From: an uncultured Gammaproteobacteria bacterium
Lineage (GTDB): Bacteria; Patescibacteriota; Microgenomatia; UBA10105; UBA927
Length of the DNA stretch: 64,000 nt
Direction of reading: 5' to 3'
NCBI GenBank assembly: GCA_964629685.1
Contig: CAZVTT010000001.1
Coordinates: 385,319-449,318, forward strand
Shown here: piece by piece, positions 1 to 9,106 of the stretch
How the letters are laid out: every line of letters starts with the position of its first letter
Numbering within the stretch: the first letter of the stretch is position 1
Notes under the pieces: model-generated
The model's input: only the letters and a program-made list of their open reading frames with translations
The model's database searches: none
Told to the model about the DNA's origin: nothing
Made by a program: the position numbers and the translations under genes

Positions 1-2
1 CA

Positions 3-2033
3 TTCAGGGAAGAGCTTCTAGGTAATTTCGGGTGGGCTATGTATACATTCCCACCATTTCTGGTATCACTGAGTTTGTTATTTTTTAAAGTAAAATCAAG
101 CATTGCTCAAGCGAACGTACCCTTGGGATTGGGAATACTATTGATTGCGCTTATGGGAATTACTCAGTCCGGTATTCGTGGCGAAGAATTATGGAATCTT
201 GTTGCCGGTGCTACCTCTACGGAAGTTTCTATCTTAATTTTTATAAGTCTGTTCGTTATTGGACTACTGGTATTATTTCAGTCGTCACTAGATACTATTG
301 TTGCATTTTTCCTTGCGTTGGTGCATCGGTTATTTGATGCTATCGGTGGTATGGCAGATAATCTGGTACACAAAAAAGAACAACCACTTTTTCCTCAGGA
401 ACGTACGCCGGTAAAAATTAAAGGTAGTGAAGCAGAAAAACCATTGCTTAAACCATCCGTGATGTTACCATCTTCAACTCCGGTAAAAACGAATGTGCAG
501 CATAAAGCCAGTATGCATACTGATGAGAAAAAAGATTTAGCAATTCAATCTCCTGGATTAAAGCAGCCACAAGATATGGCCATGTGGGAATTCCCTCCGC
601 TTTCTTTGCTGTCTGATACATCGGGACAGAAGGCAGACCGTGGCGACATGCGGAAGAACATGGTGACGATTGAAAAAACACTGGAGAGTTTCGGATTGAC
701 CGCTCGGGTGGCTGAAGTAAATACGGGACCTGCGGTTACGCAGTACGCGTTGGAGTTAGCGCTCGGTACAAAAGTATCCAAGATAACATCCTTATCAAGT
801 GATTTGGCTTTGGCGCTGGCAGCGCCAACAGGACAGGTGCGTATCGAAGCGCCGATTCCCGGAAGGAATCTTGTGGGTATAGAAATTCCTAATAGAGGAC
901 TAGAGCTTGTAACGTTAAAACGAATGCTTTTATCTGAGCCAATGCGGAAAGCTAAAAGTAAATTATCGGTGTCTTTAGGCCTTGATGTTTCCGGAAGTCC
1001 GTTAATTGCGGATATTGGGAAAATGCCTCATGTACTTATTGCAGGAACTACCGGATCAGGTAAGTCAGTCTTAGTAAATGCTTGGATTACGTCTCTGTTA
1101 TTCCGGGCTACTCCAGCAGAAGTGCGATTGATAATGGTAGATCCAAAAAGAGTTGAGTTAACCGGATATAATGGCATACCGCACCTTTTGACCCCGGTTA
1201 TCGTTGAACCAGATAAAATTTTGTCAGCGCTGCGGTGGGCGATGAACGAAATGGATAATCGTTATAAGCAGTTTGCTGAAGTGGGTGTTCGGAATATAGA
1301 CGGATTTAACGAATTATCTGGGTTTCAGGCAATGCCATACATCGTTATTTTTATAGATGAATTGGCTGATCTAATGGCTTATGCACCGGTTGAGGTAGAA
1401 GACGCTATTTGCAGAATAGCACAAATGGCTCGTGCCACAGGTATACATTTAGTGTTGGCAACGCAGCGTCCATCTGTGGATGTTATTACTGGTCTCATTA
1501 AGGCCAATGTACCGTCACGTATTGCGTTTAACGTATCGTCTATGATTGACTCCCGTGTGGTTATTGACTCACCTGGAGCAGAAAAACTATTGGGACGTGG
1601 TGATATGCTCTATATCCCTGCAGATCAAGCGAAGCCAAGCCGTATACAAGGAACATTTGTTTCGGAACAGGAAGTAAATAAAGTGGTGGAGTTTATCCGT
1701 ACACATAATATTCCGGTTCAATACACGGAAGAAGTGACTACGCAGTCAGTTTCAGTTGGTAAAAAAGGCGGTGGGACTACTTCAGCCGGCGGTGATGGTA
1801 AGGATCAATTATTTGAAGATGCTATCCGCTTAATTTGTCAGCATGATAAAGCATCGGCGTCGTTGTTGCAAAGACGGCTCTCTGTCGGTTACGCCCGGGC
1901 GGCCCGTATCCTTGATCAATTAGAGGAAGCCGGTATTATTGGTCCAGGAGAGGGCTCAAAACCGCGAGATGTGTTAATAAAAAATGCTGATGACTACTTC
2001 GCTCAACAAGCAAGTCAGGAAACAGGAACGTAA
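3..2033 (+). CDS. ftsK: DNA translocase FtsK/SpoIIIE (N-terminus truncated by window edge)
   Basis: Walker A GTTGSGKS, motor-domain motifs, C-terminal gamma winged-helix LLQRRLSVGYARAARILDQLEEAGIIGP. The reading frame is open back to base 3 with no upstream stop, so the true start is probably outside the window. Confidence 0.85.
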   Translation, partial: FREELLGNFGWAMYTFPPFLVSLSLLFFKVKSSIAQANVPLGLGILLIALMGITQSGIRGEELWNLVAGATSTEVSILIFISLFVIGLLVLFQSSLDTIVAFFLALVHRLFDAIGGMADNLVHKKEQPLFPQERTPVKIKGSEAEKPLLKPSVMLPSSTPVKTNVQHKASMHTDEKKDLAIQSPGLKQPQDMAMWEFPPLSLLSDTSGQKADRGDMRKNMVTIEKTLESFGLTARVAEVNTGPAVTQYALELALGTKVSKITSLSSDLALALAAPTGQVRIEAPIPGRNLVGIEIPNRGLELVTLKRMLLSEPMRKAKSKLSVSLGLDVSGSPLIADIGKMPHVLIAGTTGSGKSVLVNAWITSLLFRATPAEVRLIMVDPKRVELTGYNGIPHLLTPVIVEPDKILSALRWAMNEMDNRYKQFAEVGVRNIDGFNELSGFQAMPYIVIFIDELADLMAYAPVEVEDAICRIAQMARATGIHLVLATQRPSVDVITGLIKANVPSRIAFNVSSMIDSRVVIDSPGAEKLLGRGDMLYIPADQAKPSRIQGTFVSEQEVNKVVEFIRTHNIPVQYTEEVTTQSVSVGKKGGGTTSAGGDGKDQLFEDAIRLICQHDKASASLLQRRLSVGYARAARILDQLEEAGIIGPGEGSKPRDVLIKNADDYFAQQASQETGT

Positions 2034-2071
2034 AACTGCGAACGGTATTACCCGGAAAGAAAAGTATTTTT

Positions 2072-2710
2072 ATGCGAACAGTTGGTGAAATGCTTCAAGA
2101 GGCTCGTTTAGCAAAAGGCTATTCGCTAGATAAAGTCGAACAGGCAACAAAAATTAGGGCAAAGTTTCTAGCGGCGATAGAAGCCGATGAATATGCCAGG
2201 TTACCGTCACTTGCGTACGCGAAAGGATTTGTTAAAAATTACAGTGAATTTTTGGGACTGAACAGTAAAACTATTTTGGCTTTTTTTCGCAGACAGACTC
2301 TGGAAGTCCCGAAGTCCAGTCTTTTACCTCGTGGAGTAGCAGATCCGTTGAATAAGCCATTTTTTCGCATTACTCCCAGTCGCTTCTTAGCGTTCCTGCT
2401 TTTAGGATTAGTTTCCGTGTTTTTGCTTTATTTTGGTTTGCAGTATAGACAGTTACGGCTTGAACCGCGGTTAACCATTGATGCACCTAAAGATCAAACG
2501 ACCACGAGTGAACGTCGAATAGATGTGTTGGGTGTTACTGATGCAGACGCTACAGCAACCATAAACGGTGTTAGCGTTTTGGTGCGGAGTGACGGAAAAT
2601 TTTTTGATCAGGTTTCTTTAGTTGAAGGGATAAACAGGATAGTCATAGCTTCCACGAGTAGATTTGGCAAAGTAACGACTCAAACTCGGGAAGTAACGTT
2701 ACAATTATAA
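2072..2710 (+). CDS. RodZ-like HTH (XRE-type) membrane protein
   Basis: N-terminal HTH EMLQEARLAKGYSLDKVEQATKIRAKFLAAIE with LPSLAYAKGFVKNYSEFLGL typical of RodZ, followed by a TM segment and a C-terminal beta-rich domain. Confidence 0.6.
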   Translation: MRTVGEMLQEARLAKGYSLDKVEQATKIRAKFLAAIEADEYARLPSLAYAKGFVKNYSEFLGLNSKTILAFFRRQTLEVPKSSLLPRGVADPLNKPFFRITPSRFLAFLLLGLVSVFLLYFGLQYRQLRLEPRLTIDAPKDQTTTSERRIDVLGVTDADATATINGVSVLVRSDGKFFDQVSLVEGINRIVIASTSRFGKVTTQTREVTLQL

Positions 2711-2715
2711 CCTTT

Positions 2716-3030
2716 TTGGTTGACAGTCGGACGACTTTAACGCATACTAACGTTATACCATTTCTGCCTATGGATCCTGTACAAATTGTTATCATCATCA
2801 TCAGTCTCGTTCTTACTCTTCTGGTAATTTTTTTGAGTGTTCAAGTGTGGTACATTCTGCGTGAGGTTCGACGCTCCATGGAAAAGATGAATAAGATGCT
2901 AGAAGATATGGGAAAAGTAACAGGTTCAATCGGCGACGGTGTGTCCAATGTATCTACGATGGTCAGTGGACTTAAAGCAGGGTTATCTGCATTTGGTGCG
3001 TTGCGACAGAGAGGGGAAACACATGAGTGA
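2716..3030 (+). CDS. small membrane protein (hypothetical)
   Basis: 104 aa with a single TM helix (IVIIIISLVLTLLVIFLSV). The stop overlaps the next gene start, suggesting coupling. Confidence 0.4.
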   Translation: MVDSRTTLTHTNVIPFLPMDPVQIVIIIISLVLTLLVIFLSVQVWYILREVRRSMEKMNKMLEDMGKVTGSIGDGVSNVSTMVSGLKAGLSAFGALRQRGETHE

Positions 3031-3415
3031 TTTGGAACGTAAAGACGGAAAATTCTTATTGGGATTTTTTGTGGGTGGCCTGTTGGGAGCTTTGATAATA
3101 TTTTTTTTGGGAACAAAAGAAGGAAAAAAAGCAGGTAAAATTTTGGAAGACCGCAGCCGGAATTTGTTGGGAGAATTAGAAGATAAGCTAAATAATTTTG
3201 AGAAAAAGGGTAAAGATCTGGTTCGGGAGGGTGAACAGTTAAAAGATGAGGTTGTAGAGCAATTAGAAGAACGACGTGAAGAATTTACTCATGAGACAAC
3301 TAAAAAATTAGACACTGCCTTGGCACATATAGAGGCTTTACAAGAACACGGCCGGGAAACAACGTCAAGTTTACGGAAAAGATTGTTTAAAAATATTCCT
3401 AAAAAATCGGCATAA
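3023..3415 (+). CDS. YtxH-like coiled-coil membrane-anchored protein
   Basis: Internal ATG at 3023 preceded by GAGAGGGGAAAC RBS. Short TM FLLGFFVGGLLGALIIFFLG then charged coiled-coil, the YtxH/DUF948 architecture. The ORF-track start at 2939 lacks an RBS. Confidence 0.5.
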   Translation: MSDLERKDGKFLLGFFVGGLLGALIIFFLGTKEGKKAGKILEDRSRNLLGELEDKLNNFEKKGKDLVREGEQLKDEVVEQLEERREEFTHETTKKLDTALAHIEALQEHGRETTSSLRKRLFKNIPKKSA

Positions 3416-3419
3416 CGGA

Positions 3420-3977
3420 TTACTTCCGTCTCTGTTTTGCAACTGTGGATTGTCCGAGCAACCTCATAAACTCCTTATCGGTTATTATGTCTTTAACGGT
3501 CTGCAGACGGTCGAGAAAAACGATTCCGTTTAGGTGATCCACTTCGTGTTGAATAATTCGCGCTACGAAATCAGAATATTCTGCAACAATACGTTTGTTA
3601 TTTCGGTCGGAATAGGTAATTCGAATGTGTTTTGCCCGTGGTACCAGACCACGGATGCCGGGAATGCTTAAACATCCCTCCCAGTCTTTGTCGAGTTCGG
3701 GGTCATAATCTTTTATTATCGGGTTGATCATGGCTGTAGGTTTCATAACGGGAGCATGTGGATATCTCGGGTTCGGATGTGATGCGATTACTATTATCCG
3801 TCTTGATTCATAAACTTGCGGCGCTGCTATTCCTACCCCATTTACATCGGTTACTGTGGCAATAAGATTATCAATTAGTATTTGTGTATTCGGCTGAAGG
3901 ATATCCGTTACCTGTCTCGCGTTTTTTCGTAGTACAGGCTGACCGAGTTGAGCTATCTGGAGGAGTGTGTTGGTCAT
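3420..3977 (-). CDS. def: peptide deformylase
   Basis: GIAAPQV, EGCLSIPG and QHEVDHLNG metal-binding motifs. Confidence 0.9.
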   Translation of the reverse strand: MTNTLLQIAQLGQPVLRKNARQVTDILQPNTQILIDNLIATVTDVNGVGIAAPQVYESRRIIVIASHPNPRYPHAPVMKPTAMINPIIKDYDPELDKDWEGCLSIPGIRGLVPRAKHIRITYSDRNNKRIVAEYSDFVARIIQHEVDHLNGIVFLDRLQTVKDIITDKEFMRLLGQSTVAKQRRK

Positions 3978-4053
3978 GAGGCGATTATAGCAAAGTACCC
4001 GGTAGAATAGCTCGTAGTATGAGCCCGTGAACGGGAATGTTATAATTCACAAT

Positions 4054-5862
4054 ATGAAATCTGCAGATGTTCGTACTAAGTATTTAGAATATTTTAAAAA
4101 ACAGCAACATATTATCATTCCTTCGTCCAGATTGGTTCCGGAAAATGATGCGACGACGTTATTTACCAGTAGCGGTATGCAACCATTGGTGCCATATCTC
4201 TTAGGACAACCGCATCCGAATGGAAAACTACTCGTAAACAGTCAAAAATGTATTCGAGCTCAGGATATAGAGGAAGTCGGAGATAATCGTCATACTACAT
4301 TTTTTGAAATGCTGGGTAATTGGTCTCTCGGATCATATTTTAAGGAAGAGCAGTTGACATGGATTTTTACCTTCCTAACGGAACAATTGGGTTTAGAGCC
4401 AGGGAAACTCTATGTGACAGTGTTTGAAGGAAATGCATCAGTACCGAAAGATACTGAATCAATTGCAATTTGGCAAGCTTTATTCTCGCGGGTGGGAATT
4501 ACTGCAAAAGTCGGAGAGCGGATTGTCTCGTACCCGGCTAAAAAGAACTGGTGGTCCCGCAGCGGTGAACCAGATAAAATGCCCCCCGGTGAACCAGGTG
4601 GACCCGATAGTGAGGTTTTCTATGATTTTGGGAGTCAGCATAATCCTGATTTTGGGAAAGAGTGTCATCCCAATTGTGATTGTGGTCGATTTATGGAGAT
4701 AGCAAACTCGGTATTTATGCAATACAAGAAAGAAACCGATGGTACATTAAAAGAACTTAGTCAAAAAAATGTTGATTTCGGCGGCGGGTTAGAACGCCAG
4801 GTAGCTGCTACACAGAATAATCCCGATGTGTTTGCCACAGATTTATTTACGGGCATAATCGGAACAATCGAGGAGATTGTAGGTAAATCATATGGTGAAG
4901 ATACCAACAAGGCTGCCATGCGTATTATTGCCGATCATTTGAAAGCATCTACATTCCTTATTGTAGATGGTGTAGTTCCGTCCAATAAAGATAGAGGGTA
5001 CGTTCTTCGACGATTACTCCGGCGGGCAGCCATAAAAATGCATGCGCTCCGCGGTGGACTAACACCTATTCCAAGCTTCCAGGAAATTTGTATGAGTGTT
5101 TTACGTACGTATGACGGGGTATATTTTTCAGTTTTGGAGGAAAAGGAGCCGGTAAATAAAGTAATTGACGATGAACTCAGCCGGTTTGCCTTAAGTCTGG
5201 ATAAGGGATTGCGTGAAGTTAAAAAAATAGAGGCAATTGATGGAAAAAAAGCGTTTGATTTATATCAAACATACGGTTTCCCGGTAGAAATTACGGCAGA
5301 ATTGTTTGCGCAAAAAGGGCAACAAATCGATCTTCATCAGTTTAAGGATGAATTTAATAAACATCGTGAAACATCCAGAACAGCAAGTGCCGGTATGTTT
5401 AAAGGGGGGTTAGCAGATCATAGCGAACAGACCACGAAGCTGCATACGGCTACGCACCTACTGCATCAGGCATTGCATACGGTACTCGGAAATCATGTGG
5501 CACAGAAGGGAAGTAATATTACGGGTGAACGCTTACGTTTTGATTTCTCCCATGGTACTAAAATTACACCTGAAGAGCTTCAGTCTGTATCCGATCTGGT
5601 TAATCAGAAAATTCAGGAAGATTTGCCTGTTACGTACACCATTATGTCCAAGGATGAAGCATTACAAAGCGGAGCTTTAGCGTTTTTCGGTGAACGGTAT
5701 TCGGAAAAAGTGAAAGTATACAGTATGGGTAATTTCAGTAAAGAAATTTGTGGTGGACCACATGTTGAGCATACCGGTACGTTGGGAAAATTTATTATTA
5801 CTAAAGAAGAATCAGCAGGAGCTGGGATACGGCGTATATACGCCGTATTAGAGGTGCGATAG
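4054..5862 (+). CDS. alaS: alanyl-tRNA synthetase (short form lacking C-Ala domain)
   Basis: Start at MKSADVRTKYLEYF (typical AlaRS N-terminus). Class II core HTTFFEMLGNWSLGSYFK, editing-domain HxxxH and CGGPH zinc motifs. Only about 600 aa, so there is no C-terminal DHHA1/C-Ala domain. Confidence 0.85.
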   Translation: MKSADVRTKYLEYFKKQQHIIIPSSRLVPENDATTLFTSSGMQPLVPYLLGQPHPNGKLLVNSQKCIRAQDIEEVGDNRHTTFFEMLGNWSLGSYFKEEQLTWIFTFLTEQLGLEPGKLYVTVFEGNASVPKDTESIAIWQALFSRVGITAKVGERIVSYPAKKNWWSRSGEPDKMPPGEPGGPDSEVFYDFGSQHNPDFGKECHPNCDCGRFMEIANSVFMQYKKETDGTLKELSQKNVDFGGGLERQVAATQNNPDVFATDLFTGIIGTIEEIVGKSYGEDTNKAAMRIIADHLKASTFLIVDGVVPSNKDRGYVLRRLLRRAAIKMHALRGGLTPIPSFQEICMSVLRTYDGVYFSVLEEKEPVNKVIDDELSRFALSLDKGLREVKKIEAIDGKKAFDLYQTYGFPVEITAELFAQKGQQIDLHQFKDEFNKHRETSRTASAGMFKGGLADHSEQTTKLHTATHLLHQALHTVLGNHVAQKGSNITGERLRFDFSHGTKITPEELQSVSDLVNQKIQEDLPVTYTIMSKDEALQSGALAFFGERYSEKVKVYSMGNFSKEICGGPHVEHTGTLGKFIITKEESAGAGIRRIYAVLEVR

Positions 5863-5929
5863 CTGAACTGCGAAATTATTTTTGTACCCCGTAGTTGCGT
5901 TCGTTACGCGAACGTTGTTAGTATGAAGT

Positions 5930-5951
5930 AAGCGACTAAGGACTCGCTTTT
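5930..5951 (+). terminator. weak hairpin plus T-tract after alaS
   Basis: AGCGA-CTAAGGAC-TCGCT stem-loop followed by TTTTGATT. A second hairpin CGTTCG-TTACG-CGAACG lies at 5898-5914. Confidence 0.3.
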
Positions 5952-5957
5952 GATTAT

Positions 5958-8333
5958 ATGAAGTTTCCTAACCCATTATCACAGCTCAAACCGAAACAAC
6001 CGGTGGAAAAAGAGTATTTTATTTCTCTTCTGCTCGATACTCGTTCCGTGTGCGCTGCAGCTTGGCAGGTGGGTCGGAACGGAACTGCCGAAATAGCGGC
6101 GATGGCTTCGGTGGAGATACTCAAGGACAGTTGGGAAGATCGGATACAGGCAACGGATAGAATTATTTCTAAACTGGAAGAGACTGTTAGAAGTACAAAT
6201 CTTCACAAAGTAATTTTTGGTTTACCGGCAGTATATTTAACCGAAACAGGAGATATACAAAAAACGGTACGACCGTTTATAAAAAAACTTACGACTGAGC
6301 TTTCGTTGGAAGCAATGGGATTTGTCCCGAATTTTCAAGCGATAGTCCATTTGTTAAAGCATGCTGAAGGTGTTCCCCCGAGCGTTATACTTATCGGATT
6401 TTCCGGACCTGATGCGACCGTGAGTATCTATAAAGTGGGTTCACCCGTCGGACATCATCAAATCCATTCAGAACAGACGGTTCAGGAATTAGAAGGGGTA
6501 TTAAGATCACATACAGAGTTGGAGCTGTTACCCTCCAGAGTATTATTATACGGGTTGAATGAAGCCAAATTGGAAACAATAAAACGCGAACTTTTGCGTC
6601 ATCCGTGGCAGAATAAAGTAAATTTCATGCATTTTCCCAAAATTGAGATTATGCCGAAAGATACTGCCTCAAAAGCAGTATCACAGGCAGGGGCAAGTGA
6701 ATTGTCAACGAGTATAGTTGACCTAGCCGAAGATGTAATAGCCCAGGACTCAGACGCAGCAGAAACGGAAGAGCCAATTGAAACGGCAACTGAGGAACAA
6801 CTACCTGTAGAAAATGCTGAAGATACAGAAGAAGCGGAGTCAGTATCCGAGGAGTCTGATAGCGAAGATATCTCTGAAATAACAGATGAAAATCAAGCTG
6901 TTCCGGAAGGAACGGCAAATGTGGTTCTGGTTGATCCAGAAACGCTCGGTTTTAAGAAACAGGCTACAGAAACGTACAGGACTGTCGCTACACCCCTGCA
7001 AAAACATTTAGAGATTAAAGGTTCAGGTGTTGAAAAGAGTGAAGCAAAAGAGACGACGTCGGTATGGTCAAGGCTTACAAAAGGGAAGTTACTTAAAACA
7101 AAGCAGACTTCTGCTCATCGTGACGATGAGGATAATTACGAAAACGAAGTAGAGGAACAATCTAAATTTGGCTCCGGTAGGTCTCTGCCGTTTGGACGAT
7201 TATTGCCGTTATTCGTGATCTTAATTGTCATTCTTGGCGGTATGCTTGGTGTATTTTATTGGGTTCTTCCGAAAGTGGAAGTAACCGTGTTAGCTATACC
7301 CAGAATAATTGAAAAATCCGAAACGGTGAGTATTGATCAAACGGTATCTATTTCAGACGTAGCTGCAAAAGTTATACCGGGAAGAACAAAGGAAGAAGTT
7401 TTATCGGGAGAAAAAACGATTCCAGTTACCGGGAAGAAAAAAGTGGGAACTCCGGCAAAGGGAAGCGTTTCTATCTTCAACAAATCATTAACATCTAAAT
7501 CATTAAAAAAGGGTCAGGTACTGAATTCCGGTTCTCTGCAATTTTCTTTGGCAAGTGATATTTCCGTCGCCTCTGCCTCGGAAAATTTAGTGAGCGGAAC
7601 TGTTACTTTCGGAAAAGCCACTGTGGAAATTACTGCGAGTGGCATAGGACCGGAGAGCAATCTCCCTGCGGGAACGGAGTTTACGTTCAAAGATATTTCA
7701 TCCGGTATGCTTGTAGCCAGGAATGATCAGGCTTTGGCAGGAGGCACCAGTAAAGACATAACAGTAGTTTCCCGCGCCGACCAGGATGCGCTTGTAAAAG
7801 CATTATCAGCTGAGCTATTAGAACAAGCTAAAAAGGAGTTAAGTTCCAAGGTAGGCGGTGCTGAAAAATTAATTGACTCTACCGTGAAAACGTCAGTAAC
7901 CGAAAAAAGTTTTATGCAGGAATTAGATCAGGAAACGGAAGAGCTCCAAGGAAAAGTAACGGTATCGGTTACGGGAATTGCGTATAGCGAGGATGATGGG
8001 AAAGCATTGCTCCAGTCAGCACTGACAAGTGAAATCCCTTCCGGGTACTCTATTTTAGAAGGGAAAACCAGTATTGATGTTAGCTCGGCACAGGTAAAAA
8101 AGGACGGTTCTATTTCAGTTAGTATGAACGGAAAGATAGTTGCATTACCGAATATGCAAACTCAGGAAATGCAGCGTAATCTGGTGGGAAAGAGTGTCTC
8201 TGAAGCTCAAACATTTCTGAAGTCCGTAAGCGGAGTCGGTGGTGTAACATTCACATTCCGACGATCTCCGTTTACAAATCGTTTACCGTCAAATGCAAAT
8301 AATATCTCCGTTGCTGTTGCAGTACAGGAATAG
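5958..8333 (+). CDS. large membrane-anchored hypothetical protein
   Basis: 791 aa. Cytoplasmic N-domain of about 250 aa, highly acidic low-complexity linker (ETEEPIETATEEQLPVENAEDTEEAESVSEESDSEDISE), one TM helix (LPLFVILIVILGGMLGVFYWVL) and a C-terminal S/T/V-rich beta domain of about 350 aa. Confidence 0.5.
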   Translation: MKFPNPLSQLKPKQPVEKEYFISLLLDTRSVCAAAWQVGRNGTAEIAAMASVEILKDSWEDRIQATDRIISKLEETVRSTNLHKVIFGLPAVYLTETGDIQKTVRPFIKKLTTELSLEAMGFVPNFQAIVHLLKHAEGVPPSVILIGFSGPDATVSIYKVGSPVGHHQIHSEQTVQELEGVLRSHTELELLPSRVLLYGLNEAKLETIKRELLRHPWQNKVNFMHFPKIEIMPKDTASKAVSQAGASELSTSIVDLAEDVIAQDSDAAETEEPIETATEEQLPVENAEDTEEAESVSEESDSEDISEITDENQAVPEGTANVVLVDPETLGFKKQATETYRTVATPLQKHLEIKGSGVEKSEAKETTSVWSRLTKGKLLKTKQTSAHRDDEDNYENEVEEQSKFGSGRSLPFGRLLPLFVILIVILGGMLGVFYWVLPKVEVTVLAIPRIIEKSETVSIDQTVSISDVAAKVIPGRTKEEVLSGEKTIPVTGKKKVGTPAKGSVSIFNKSLTSKSLKKGQVLNSGSLQFSLASDISVASASENLVSGTVTFGKATVEITASGIGPESNLPAGTEFTFKDISSGMLVARNDQALAGGTSKDITVVSRADQDALVKALSAELLEQAKKELSSKVGGAEKLIDSTVKTSVTEKSFMQELDQETEELQGKVTVSVTGIAYSEDDGKALLQSALTSEIPSGYSILEGKTSIDVSSAQVKKDGSISVSMNGKIVALPNMQTQEMQRNLVGKSVSEAQTFLKSVSGVGGVTFTFRRSPFTNRLPSNANNISVAVAVQE

Positions 8334-8368
8334 AACGGTGCCTATCTGTTGGTACCTCAAACAAACTT

Positions 8369-9100
8369 ATGGCAATGTACAAATATGTTAAATCAAAGCC
8401 TAAACGTTCGATTCGAAGACCAATTATTGTATCCTTTGTGCTTATTGGTATTGGTGGAGCAATATTAGGTTGGGTTTCGTGGCCGATAATTGCCTTCTCC
8501 TTATTTTCGGCTCCGTTATTGTCTACTATCGTTTCACCTCTTCAGGAACGGCAATTGGCGCATGGAACTACATTGACTAGTCAGGTAATGGCTGCTGATG
8601 GTGTGCAGAACGATAGCAATCCGGCGGATTTAACCCATGCAGATATGTGGTTTCCTACAAAACCACAAAAAAAAGTAGTAACACCAGTGAATACGTATCG
8701 CTTGTCTATCCCAAAATTGACGGTTAAGGAGGCAATGGTAACGATTGCAGGAGACGATTTAAATCACAGCCTTGTGCATTACGGTGGAACTGGGCTGCCA
8801 GGTCAATTCGGGAATGCAGTTATTTTCGGTCATTCGGTTTTACCACAGTTTTTTAATCCCAAGAATTACATGACTATATTTTCAACACTGCCGACGTTAA
8901 AAGAAGGTGACGATATTTTTATTACGTATGATAGCGTGACGTATAAGTATAAAGTTGAATCGATGATTGTCAAAGATCCTGCAGATTTAAGTGTGCTTGA
9001 ACAACAATATGATGATTCTTACATAACATTGGTTACATGCGTGCCCCCAGGTACATACTGGAAACGGCTTAATGTCCGGGCCCGGCTAGTAAAGGTATAA
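8369..9100 (+). CDS. sortase family transpeptidase
   Basis: N-terminal TM anchor, catalytic His region NAVIFGHS, and the TLxTC-type motif ITLVTCVPPGTYWKRLNVRAR with the conserved Arg downstream. Confidence 0.75.
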   Translation: MAMYKYVKSKPKRSIRRPIIVSFVLIGIGGAILGWVSWPIIAFSLFSAPLLSTIVSPLQERQLAHGTTLTSQVMAADGVQNDSNPADLTHADMWFPTKPQKKVVTPVNTYRLSIPKLTVKEAMVTIAGDDLNHSLVHYGGTGLPGQFGNAVIFGHSVLPQFFNPKNYMTIFSTLPTLKEGDDIFITYDSVTYKYKVESMIVKDPADLSVLEQQYDDSYITLVTCVPPGTYWKRLNVRARLVKV

Positions 9101-9106
9101 TACAGT

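Noticed and set aside
8258-8333. LPSNA near the C-terminus of the 791-aa protein as a sortase sorting signal for the adjacent sortase
   Set aside because: There is no hydrophobic segment plus positively charged tail after the motif. The protein ends about 12 residues later, so it is unlikely to be a sortase substrate.
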